Positions 19,376-27,097 of a DNA stretch of 39,112 bases are shown here, piece by piece. A program made the translations under genes and the position numbers. The stretch is taken from assembly GCA_944358495.1 (NCBI GenBank), contig CALVRF010000001.1:1-39112 (forward strand), read 5' to 3'. Positions within the stretch are counted from its first letter, which is position 1. The number at the start of each line of letters is the position of its first letter. This DNA comes from an uncultured Bacilli bacterium (GTDB lineage Bacteria; Bacillota_I; Bacilli_A; RF39; UBA660). The notes under the pieces were generated by a model, which made no database searches, had not been told where the DNA came from, and saw nothing but the letters and a program-made list of their open reading frames with translations.

Positions 19376-20562
19376 TGAAAAGTTTTAAAAATTTAATTAT
19401 TGGTTTGGTTTTGGCTAGCGTAGTTTTTATTATTTTGGCTAGCCTAGTAATTTATCAGCAGTATAACAATTATGTTAAAGCGGTCGATGTGACTATGGCA
19501 GGAATTGTCAATGAGGTTAGAGAAAAGTATCCTAATGTTTCTGAGGAAAGGTTGATTGAATTATTAAATAGTAATTCTAATGATTTTGAGTCACTTGCAA
19601 GTTATGGTATTGATAGGGAAGCGGTTATTCAGCTGAAGAGCCAATTACAGGGAAATATATTAATGATGACTTTACTGATATTAGTAATGATTGCGGTGTT
19701 AGGTTTGATGTTTTGGTTTTTTATTAAAGCACGCCGGAAACAAATAAAAAATATTGAGGAGTATATTGAGGCTATTAGTAATTTAAATTATTCATTGGAT
19801 ATTGTGGATAATGATGAGGGTGAACTTTCTAAGTTAAAAAATAATTTGTATAAGCTCGTTTTGATGTTAAAGGAAACGTCGCTTAAGGCGGTTAATGAAA
19901 AAGCTATTTTCCAAGAGTCGGTAGCTAATATTTCGCATCAGTTAAAGACGCCTTTAACTTCAATCTTAATTTTACTGGATAATTTGAAAAATGAAGAAAT
20001 GGATGAAAAAACACGAAATGATTTTATTAAAGAAATTGTTTCACAAGTTACTTTGATGAATTTCTTGGTGGTATCGATGCTAAAGCTAGCTAAATTAGAT
20101 GCTGGAGCGATTGACATGAAAAAGGAAGCAATAAATTCTTTGGAGCTGGTTCAAGATGCTGTGAAAAACTTAGATGTATTAATGGATATTAAAAATATTC
20201 AGGTAGAATTTAAGGGTTCTGGAGATGTTTTTATGGGCGATTATCGATGGCAACTGGAAGCGCTTACGAATATTATAAAGAACTCTGTAGAATATTCAGC
20301 GCCCAATGGCAAGATTAAAATTGAGCTTAGTAGTACGAAATTTGGGGTTAAAATTTTAATTATTGATGAGGGTAAAGGTATTAGTAAAAAAGAATTAAAA
20401 CATATTTTTGATAGATTTTATAATGGTGAAAATGCCAGCGATAGTAGCATTGGTATTGGTCTTTCATTAGCTAAGTCAATTATTGAAAAAGATAATGGAT
20501 ATATTAGGGTAGAGTCAACGTTAGGTAAGGGCACAACATTTGAGATAAATTATATGAAATAA
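19372..20562 (+). CDS. sensor histidine kinase
   Basis: Two TM helices, H-box SHQLKTPLTSI, N-box NIIKNSVEYS, G1 DEGKGI, G2 GIGLSLAKS. Overlaps the regulator stop by 4 nt. Confidence 0.88.
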   Translation: MMKSFKNLIIGLVLASVVFIILASLVIYQQYNNYVKAVDVTMAGIVNEVREKYPNVSEERLIELLNSNSNDFESLASYGIDREAVIQLKSQLQGNILMMTLLILVMIAVLGLMFWFFIKARRKQIKNIEEYIEAISNLNYSLDIVDNDEGELSKLKNNLYKLVLMLKETSLKAVNEKAIFQESVANISHQLKTPLTSILILLDNLKNEEMDEKTRNDFIKEIVSQVTLMNFLVVSMLKLAKLDAGAIDMKKEAINSLELVQDAVKNLDVLMDIKNIQVEFKGSGDVFMGDYRWQLEALTNIIKNSVEYSAPNGKIKIELSSTKFGVKILIIDEGKGISKKELKHIFDRFYNGENASDSSIGIGLSLAKSIIEKDNGYIRVESTLGKGTTFEINYMK

Positions 20563-20650
20563 TTAGTGTTTGGAAAAAAACACGCAATATCTTGGTTTAG
20601 AGTAATTACTTTTTTATAATTTTGTGCATTAAATATTATAAGAAAGTGAG

Positions 20651-20917
20651 GTGCTTTTTGTGGATGTTGTTAGTTATATATTGGACAATAAATTAATATT
20701 GATTCCGGTTTTATATGTGATAAATTATATTGTTAAAAAGACGAAAGTTATAAGTGATAAGTTTTTACCTTTGGTATTATTGGTAGTTGGCATTTTGTTA
20801 TCGGTATTGATGGGTGGCGATACGATTATTAATAATATTGTACAAGGAATATTAGTGACTGGGGCGACGGTACTGACGGACCAAATTGTGGTGCAGACAA
20901 AAAATAAGACCACCTGA
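20651..20917 (+). CDS. small two/three-TM holin-like membrane protein
   Basis: About 85 aa. The pattern LIPVLYVINYIVKKT...LPLVLLVVGILLSVLMGG...GILVTGATVLTDQIV resembles Firmicute phage holin families. The in-frame GTG at 20660 has better RBS spacing. Confidence 0.45.
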   Translation: MLFVDVVSYILDNKLILIPVLYVINYIVKKTKVISDKFLPLVLLVVGILLSVLMGGDTIINNIVQGILVTGATVLTDQIVVQTKNKTT

Positions 20918-20932
20918 TGAGTGGTCTTTAAA
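20906..20932 (+). terminator. rho-independent terminator overlapping the holin-like stop codon
   Basis: AAGACCAC / GTGGTCTT 8-bp stem with a 7-nt loop. Confidence 0.6.
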
Positions 20933-21035
20933 ATTGCCTAGTGATTTAAGGAAAATGATGATTGATTCTTCTAATCGCGGGGTTAGAGTTAAGCATTTTT
21001 CATTTTGCCCTAGTAAGTTTAAAGAGGGCCGAATT

Positions 21036-21200
21036 ATGAGTACGGCCGATAAAAAGGAGGCTATTATCGATGATACGATTGATAGTATTCGAAAAAACGA
21101 CTTTAAAGCATTTCATGGAGCTTCTACTTTGATAACGGGCGCTAATAAGAATTTAGAGGGATATGAGGAAATGCAAGAATTTATTAAAAATAGAAGATAA
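21036..21200 (+). CDS. small hypothetical protein (54 aa)
   Basis: ATG at 21036 lies 7 nt after AAAGAGGG. The upstream part of ORF 20886..21200 overlaps a terminator and is probably not translated. Confidence 0.3.
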   Translation: MSTADKKEAIIDDTIDSIRKNDFKAFHGASTLITGANKNLEGYEEMQEFIKNRR

Positions 21201-21243
21201 TTTTATAAAAATAACAATACGGAAATAATGTATTGTTATTTTA

Positions 21244-22227
21244 TTATCTATGAAATTTTTTAAGTTGTTTACGGACTAATACGGAACCTTTTTCTTCAGT
21301 GGCTTCAAATCTTTGAAAGACATCTTCTATTATACCATTACCAAGTAAAACTTGATTGATAGCACTATCTATTTCTTTTCTTGTGCTATTTGAACCGTTC
21401 TTATATGTATGAAATAAAGCGGTTGCAAGTAAGGTGGATATTATATATGTTTCAAAATCGATAATACTCGGACTATTTTCTTGTGTATATTCTAGATATG
21501 TTTTTTTCATAATGCATTCTTTTAAGTCTAGTAATCTATATAATGTTCTTAAGGTTAGTAAATGCTTGGTATCATCTAAATCCATGGCTCCTACTTTTTC
21601 CATAAAAATGGATAAAGCCTCATCATGTAATTTATTATATACACTACCTTTATTTCTATTTAATAAAGCATGGTATAATTCGTGGATGTATGTCATTTTT
21701 TGATTATCTTGGCAAGGTCCTAATAAGATAATTTCGCTTAGGTATACTGGCAATTTTTCCAAAAAGGTTTGATCTAAGTCTTTAAAGCTGTAAAAACTTT
21801 GAAAAATGCAGCTACCACTGGGCTCATTATCGGTATTTAGATATACTGGAATATTGGTGGAATCAATCCATTCAACGTGATTTTTAATGAACCTTATGAT
21901 TTTATCATATTTTTTGGGTTTGGGGTTGGTTCCGAATTTAGCGATAACCATTGAAGTTAAATAATCATTATTAGTATAAGGAACGCGGATATTTATCCCA
22001 TTGGTGTGTTTTTCTACAACATATTTTCCAGCTTTTAAAATGTCATTAATGGAACAAAAATGAAATGATAAACGATTATCCCAGCTAGCATTTAGATGGT
22101 CAATAGCAGAATACCTTAATCTTTTATATTCTTGGGTGGCAAAGAAGTCAGAAGTATATGTCTTATGGCCATGAAATAACATTTTTTTGTGCAAAATATT
22201 TAGTTCATTCTCACTAAGTTTAATCAT
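21244..22227 (-). CDS. hypothetical protein with an HExxH motif (possible zinc metallopeptidase)
   Basis: Only one recognisable element: MTYIHELYHALL (HExxH). A bidirectional hairpin at 21210..21240 lies downstream. Confidence 0.4.
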   Translation of the reverse strand: MIKLSENELNILHKKMLFHGHKTYTSDFFATQEYKRLRYSAIDHLNASWDNRLSFHFCSINDILKAGKYVVEKHTNGINIRVPYTNNDYLTSMVIAKFGTNPKPKKYDKIIRFIKNHVEWIDSTNIPVYLNTDNEPSGSCIFQSFYSFKDLDQTFLEKLPVYLSEIILLGPCQDNQKMTYIHELYHALLNRNKGSVYNKLHDEALSIFMEKVGAMDLDDTKHLLTLRTLYRLLDLKECIMKKTYLEYTQENSPSIIDFETYIISTLLATALFHTYKNGSNSTRKEIDSAINQVLLGNGIIEDVFQRFEATEEKGSVLVRKQLKKFHR

Positions 22228-22386
22228 AGATTTTCCTTCTTTCTAAAGTTTTGTATGGAGCTTATTATATATCAAACCAATATTTTGTCAAGGATATGAA
22301 AGGGATATTATGTAGAATAAAGCTGTCGCAAAAGTGACATATTTAGGGAAAAAATTATATATAATAATATGGGAAAGGATGAGTGG

Positions 22387-23766
22387 ATGAACAAGAGAAA
22401 TATAAAATTTATTCTGTTGATCGTTTTGATTACTTTATTTTTAATTGGTATGCTTATTTTTTATAGTTCTAAAACAGAAGAGCAAGGACAAAATGTAAAT
22501 AAAATTACAACAACCGTAATGAGTGTAGGGAACAATGCATTAACAGTTCAAGATAATAATCATGTTATTTATACATTTGCTATTGATGGTGGAGATATTG
22601 ACGTTGGCGATATTATAGAACTAGAATATGTTGGCGAGCTGAATAAAAATGTGGATTTACAAGATATTCAAGTTATTAATTATAGCTCAGTTAATGTAAC
22701 TGAAGATGAAGATGGTATTCCTGATGATTGGCAAGATAATGGAATATTTAGTGACTTCTATATTCAAGCTAATGAAAAATTAAAAGAAATGGCTTTGGAG
22801 GAAAAAATTTCCCAAATATTGTTGGTTAGATATCCGGATAGCAATGGTATGATTATTTTACAGGAAAATCAATTTGGTGGTTACGTGTTTTTTGAAAGAG
22901 ATTTTCAAAATAAATCATCAAAACAAGTAAAAAGTATGATGAATAGTTTACAAAATGTTGCTAAAATTCCGATATTAACGGCTGTCGATGAGGAAGGGGG
23001 AAAAGTGGTTAGAGTTAGTAGTAATCCTAAATTAATGAGTGAGCCATTTAAGTCATCTAAGGAATTATATTTATCTGGTGGTTTTGAAGCCATAAAAAAA
23101 GATACTGTTGAAAAGAGTGGTATATTATATAATTTAGGATTAAATGTTAATTTGGCGCCGGTTGTTGACGTGGCAACTGATTCTAGTGCTTATATGTACG
23201 GGAGAACTTTAGGTGAGGATACTGCGACTACTGCAACTTATGCTAAAACGGTAATTGGAGCTAGTAAAGGAACAAGTGTATCTTATACTTTGAAACATTT
23301 CCCAGGTTATGGCAATAACAAAGATACTCATGAAGGTGAGGTAACTGATGAACGTTCATATGATGAAATAGTTAAAAATGATTTGCCACCATTTGAAGCT
23401 GGTATTGATGCTGGAGCAGAAGCTGTTTTAGTTAGTCATAATATAGTTAATAGCATTGACTCTGAGAATCCAGCTTCATTATCTCCGAGTGTTCATAATC
23501 TACTTAGAAATGAATTAGGATTTACGGGGATTATTATTACTGATGATTTGGCGATGGGTGCGGTTTCTAATGTTGAAGCTGCAACGGTAAAAGCGGTATT
23601 GGCTGGTAATGATTTAATTATTACTACTGATTATGCTAAAAGTATAGATTCCATTAAGACGGCCATTCAAAATAAAACAATTGATGCAAGACTAGTTGAT
23701 AAACTAGCCTTTAGAGTAATTGCTTGGAAGTATTATAAAGGTTTAATGGTTGATAATCAAAAATAA
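22387..23766 (+). CDS. membrane-anchored glycoside hydrolase family 3 (NagZ-like beta-N-acetylhexosaminidase)
   Basis: KHFPGYG and GIIITDDLAMGA motifs of the GH3 N-terminal domain. N-terminal TM helix. ATG at 22387 is preceded by GGAAAGGATGAG. Confidence 0.85.
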   Translation: MNKRNIKFILLIVLITLFLIGMLIFYSSKTEEQGQNVNKITTTVMSVGNNALTVQDNNHVIYTFAIDGGDIDVGDIIELEYVGELNKNVDLQDIQVINYSSVNVTEDEDGIPDDWQDNGIFSDFYIQANEKLKEMALEEKISQILLVRYPDSNGMIILQENQFGGYVFFERDFQNKSSKQVKSMMNSLQNVAKIPILTAVDEEGGKVVRVSSNPKLMSEPFKSSKELYLSGGFEAIKKDTVEKSGILYNLGLNVNLAPVVDVATDSSAYMYGRTLGEDTATTATYAKTVIGASKGTSVSYTLKHFPGYGNNKDTHEGEVTDERSYDEIVKNDLPPFEAGIDAGAEAVLVSHNIVNSIDSENPASLSPSVHNLLRNELGFTGIIITDDLAMGAVSNVEAATVKAVLAGNDLIITTDYAKSIDSIKTAIQNKTIDARLVDKLAFRVIAWKYYKGLMVDNQK

Positions 23767-23860
23767 AGGGAAAAATCTAGGACACTTGATGTTTTTGAAT
23801 TTGTCTACTTTTTGTGTACATGTTCATATTGCAAAAGTCATTAGATTTTTTTTTGAAAAA

Positions 23861-24075
23861 AGTGATATAAATGTGATATTGTAAAATAAAAACCCTTATA
23901 AAATAAGGGCTAAACTACTAAATTGGTGGAGAATAAGGATTTTATTTATCGATATTAAATAATTTTAAAAATATAGTTTTCCTTTTAATTTCAACCTTTT
24001 TGGTTTATTTATATTTAAAAAGGTTTAAAGTAAATTTATAAAAATTAAGAAAAAAATGATATAAAAATGATATTG
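23861..24075. repeat. att-type repeat copy A (tRNA-Ala 3' fragment at 23924..23938 plus conserved arms)
   Basis: TGGTGGAGAATAAGG is identical to the 3' end of the tRNA-Ala at 38802. Left arm: two GTGATAT boxes plus a CCCTTA/TAAGGG hairpin. The right arm of about 135 nt ends in ATGATATAAAAATGATATT. Confidence 0.85.
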
Positions 24076-24090
24076 ATTTATATAACACAT

Positions 24091-24119
24091 TTGACAATAT
24101 TACTAAATGTTGATATTAT
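24091..24119 (+). promoter_or_regulatory. near-consensus sigma-A promoter of the precursor/rSAM operon
   Basis: TTGACA (24091-24096), 17-nt spacer, extended -10 TGaTATTAT (24111-24119). RBS AAAGGAGGA lies 6 nt before the ATG at 24141. Confidence 0.7.
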
Positions 24120-24140
24120 AGCCATAAAGGAGGAACTTTA

Positions 24141-24524
24141 ATGACAAAACAAGCTATTCAAGATATTTATAAGGAATATTTATCACAGTCATCTAATGCA
24201 TGTTTAGAAGAAATTAGTGCTCATGAAAATGGACACGACAATAGTGGTGGCCACCCTGACTATCATAATGATTCACATGATAATACACCAGGATTGTATA
24301 GAATAATACCACAAAATGTTAATAGTGACTACGAAAAAGGTAGTAGAACATTAGAACTATTAAAATTATATCAATCACAATCATCTATTGAGCTTTCAGA
24401 TCTAATGGGAGTTCACGAAAATGGACATGATAATAGTGGAGGCCATCCTGACTATCACAATGATTCACATGATAATACACCAGGAGTATGTCAGATGGTA
24501 TTAAAGAAACGTGCAAAACATTAA
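24141..24524 (+). CDS. candidate RiPP precursor with two tandem cassettes, each ending in the core HENGHDNSGGHPDYHNDSHDNTPG
   Basis: Strong promoter and RBS. A 24-aa module repeats exactly at aa 28-51 and 92-115, each preceded by Y-x-SQSS-x-x-L. The 3' end overlaps the radical SAM gene. Confidence 0.7.
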   Translation: MTKQAIQDIYKEYLSQSSNACLEEISAHENGHDNSGGHPDYHNDSHDNTPGLYRIIPQNVNSDYEKGSRTLELLKLYQSQSSIELSDLMGVHENGHDNSGGHPDYHNDSHDNTPGVCQMVLKKRAKH

Positions 24525-25620
24525 TACATTAATTAAACCGACGCATAGATGTAATATGCGTTGCAAATACTGTTTCCATGAAAAATATGGCTACTCTAAT
24601 GATTTATTAGATATAAATAAATTAGAAAAATATATTTCATTATTATGTTCAGAATATGATTTTATTAATATTATTTGGCATGGTGGTGAGCCATTGCTTG
24701 CCCCATTATCTTTTTATGAAGAAATTTATGATTTTTGTGACCATTTTAATAAAGAATTTCTATTTACTATTCAAACTAATGGTACATTAATTAATCAAGA
24801 AGTTGTAGATTTTTTCAGAAAAAGAAATACAAATTTTGGACTTTCATTTGATGGATTAAATAATGAATATACAAGGGGTAACACATCAAAAATTTTAGAT
24901 AGTATAGGATTATTACAAGAAAATGGTTTTAGGCCAGGAGCTGTTTTAGTTGTTAATAAAACTAACGTTTCTAATTTGATTGATGAATATAATTTTTTCA
25001 ATTCTATGGGTGTAGGATTAAAATTAAATCCAATGTTTATCGATGGAGAAGCTAAAATGCACGAAGGTGATTTAGGCTTAAATCCCGATGAGTACATAGA
25101 AAATTTTGTTGATTTTTTTAAATACTGGACTTTAGATAATAATGGTAAAATCAATGTAGCTACTTGTAATGAATTAGTTAATTTAATTTTAAACGAACAT
25201 TCAGGGGTATGTACTTTTAATTCATGTTTAGGAAAATGGTTATGTTTTGATTCCGATGCGAATATTTATCCGTGTGATCGATTATGTACTCCAGAGTATT
25301 CTTTAGGAAGTGTTGATTCATTATCTAGTATAAATCAAATATTTGAAAGTGATGTATTTTATGATTTATTAAAATCAAGTGTCGAAAGAAGAACAAAATG
25401 CATAGAAACATGTAAGTATTATAAAAACTGTTATGCAGGTTGTAATGCCAACGCAATCCTAAATAAAAATGATGGGTATGAAAATGGTGTTTCATGCTAT
25501 ATTCATAAAGGTATTTTAGAAAGAATAAAAAGTTATGTTTTAGAGAGTACCGAACAAACAGAACATTTAAATCCTCAATATGTAAAAACTCTAGAGCGTG
25601 CTAAAAATAGAAGAAGGTAA
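24511..25620 (+). CDS. radical SAM enzyme with a C-terminal SPASM-type Cys-rich domain (anSME-like peptide maturase)
   Basis: LIKPTHRCNMRCKYCFHE (CX3CX2C at residues 14-21), GGEPLL, and C-terminal Cys clusters CTFNSC...LCFDSDANIYPCDRLC...CIETCKYYKNCYAGC. The GTG start overlaps the precursor by 14 nt. Confidence 0.85.
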   Translation: MQNINTLIKPTHRCNMRCKYCFHEKYGYSNDLLDINKLEKYISLLCSEYDFINIIWHGGEPLLAPLSFYEEIYDFCDHFNKEFLFTIQTNGTLINQEVVDFFRKRNTNFGLSFDGLNNEYTRGNTSKILDSIGLLQENGFRPGAVLVVNKTNVSNLIDEYNFFNSMGVGLKLNPMFIDGEAKMHEGDLGLNPDEYIENFVDFFKYWTLDNNGKINVATCNELVNLILNEHSGVCTFNSCLGKWLCFDSDANIYPCDRLCTPEYSLGSVDSLSSINQIFESDVFYDLLKSSVERRTKCIETCKYYKNCYAGCNANAILNKNDGYENGVSCYIHKGILERIKSYVLESTEQTEHLNPQYVKTLERAKNRRR

Positions 25621-25622
25621 AT

Positions 25623-26198
25623 ATGAAAGAAAAAATAATTCCTGTATATCACGGGAGTATACATCAAGGTTTAAAAATAATTAAAAGAAATAAAAGTACT
25701 CATGGTAAGTCTTGGGTATATGCAACTTTATCTAAAGCAATTTCCACAATTTTTATAAGCAATAAAGGTAGCGATTTATATTATTATTTAAGTGGTGATG
25801 GAACAGAAAATAATCCAGTACTTTTGGTGGAAAGAAAAGAAGGTATGTTTAAAGATATTTTTAACGTTTCAGGTTCACTTTATACGTTAAGTGGCAAAAA
25901 CTTTATTTCAGGGGAAACTGGTTGGTCCGCAGAAGTGATTAGTGAATCCGATGAAAATGTAATCCATGAAGAACATATAGATAACGTTTTTGAAAAACTT
26001 AAAGAATTAAATGATATGGGAGAATTAAAACTTTATTTATACCCAAATAGACCACCTTTTCTTCCGAAAGATAATAGTGATTTAATTCCAAAAGTTATAA
26101 GATGGAGAAAAAGAGGAATAAATATCGAAACATTTTTTACATTATATCCGGAATTAAAAGAACAGTATTTAAAGCAATTAAATGAAAATGAGGAATAA
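25623..26198 (+). CDS. hypothetical protein, translationally coupled to the rSAM gene
   Basis: The ATG is 2 nt after the rSAM stop. N-terminal VYHGS...HGKSWVYAT. No family recognised. Confidence 0.6.
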   Translation: MKEKIIPVYHGSIHQGLKIIKRNKSTHGKSWVYATLSKAISTIFISNKGSDLYYYLSGDGTENNPVLLVERKEGMFKDIFNVSGSLYTLSGKNFISGETGWSAEVISESDENVIHEEHIDNVFEKLKELNDMGELKLYLYPNRPPFLPKDNSDLIPKVIRWRKRGINIETFFTLYPELKEQYLKQLNENEE

Positions 26199-26321
26199 AC
26201 TCATTTTTTTTAAAAATAATATTTATAATATAACTAATTATATTATACTTACGATATATTATTATATAAATGGTAATTAACAATAATGCCGTGTATTTTG
26301 TTATTATGGAGGAAGTAAAAA

Positions 26322-26471
26322 ATGAAGCTTAAATATAAAAATGATATATATCAAGTTAATATACAAGATTATCTTCTTATAAAAAAAGAAATAATTGAAT
26401 TATCAGAAAACTTATTATTTATTTGTGCATTATTAAGAAGACCTTGGAGATGGGATTATGATAGAGATTAA
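26322..26471 (+). CDS. possible small ORF (49 aa) ending RRPWRWDYDRD
   Basis: Not in the ORF track (too short). ATG at 26322 lies 8 nt after GGAGGAAG. Confidence 0.25.
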   Translation: MKLKYKNDIYQVNIQDYLLIKKEIIELSENLLFICALLRRPWRWDYDRD

Positions 26472-26610
26472 AAAATTAGAAGTATATTGTTAAAATATGC
26501 AAATCAGAATGATTTGAATGATCTAAAGCAATGGTTTTAAAGCATTAAATTTTTAACATAGAATAACTTCCACCATATTTTTTATATAAATTATCTTATA
26601 CTTTAAAAGT

Positions 26611-26829
26611 AAACAATGATATAATCAATGATATTGCAAAATAAAAAACCTTATAAAATAAGGGTTAAACTACTAAATTGGTGGAGAATAAGGGTTTTAT
26701 TTATTGATATTAAATAATTTTAAAAATATGTTTTTCCTTTTAATTTCAACCATTTTAGTTTATTTAAGTTTAAAAAAATTTACAGTGAATTTATAAAAAT
26801 TAAGGAAAAAATGATATAAAAATGATATT
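26611..26829. repeat. att-type repeat copy B (tRNA-Ala 3' fragment at 26679..26694)
   Basis: TGGTGGAGAATAAGGG is identical to the tRNA-Ala 3' end. The arms are colinear with copies A and C. Confidence 0.85.
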
Positions 26830-26860
26830 ACAAAACAGTAGTAAAAATATAAAAAAATCA

Positions 26861-27079
26861 AAAACAATGATATAACAATGATATTGAAAAATAAAAACCC
26901 TCATAAAATAAGGGCTAAACTATCAAATTGGTGGAGAATAAGAGTTTTCTTTATAAGATTTAATAAAAATTAAAAAGTTTGTTTTTCCTTTATTTTTAAG
27001 CATTTTCGTTTACTTTTGTTTAAAAAGATTTAATGTGAGTTTTTAAAAATTAAGGAAAAGATGATATAAAAATGATATA
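26861..27079. repeat. att-type repeat copy C (tRNA-Ala 3' fragment at 26929..26942); left junction of the IME
   Basis: TGGTGGAGAATAAG plus arms colinear with copies A and B. Core-to-core spacing from copy B is 250 bp. Confidence 0.85.
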
Positions 27080-27097
27080 TGATTAATACCTTTTTAA

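Larger units (their letters stand above)
23924..26694. mobile_element. integrase-less att-flanked cassette (CIME-like) carrying the RiPP-like locus
   Basis: Bounded by tRNA-Ala 3' fragment copies A and B with homologous arms. It contains no recombinase or mobilisation gene. Confidence 0.6.

Noticed and set aside
20651-22227. Prophage, suggested by the holin-like gene
   Set aside because: No neighbouring phage structural, lysis or integration genes. The flanking genes are ordinary chromosomal functions.
24141-24524. Precursor as a sulfatase-type substrate of an anSME, or a sactipeptide/ranthipeptide
   Set aside because: There is no C/S-x-P-x-R motif. The only two Cys residues are both outside the conserved 24-aa cores, so thioether or formylglycine chemistry on the core is unlikely.
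26611-27079. Tandem about 220-nt repeats as a possible CRISPR array or satellite
   Set aside because: There are only two adjacent units plus dispersed copies. The units are about 215 nt, with no short repeat/spacer periodicity and no cas genes. Each unit contains the tRNA-Ala 3' end, so they are att sites.
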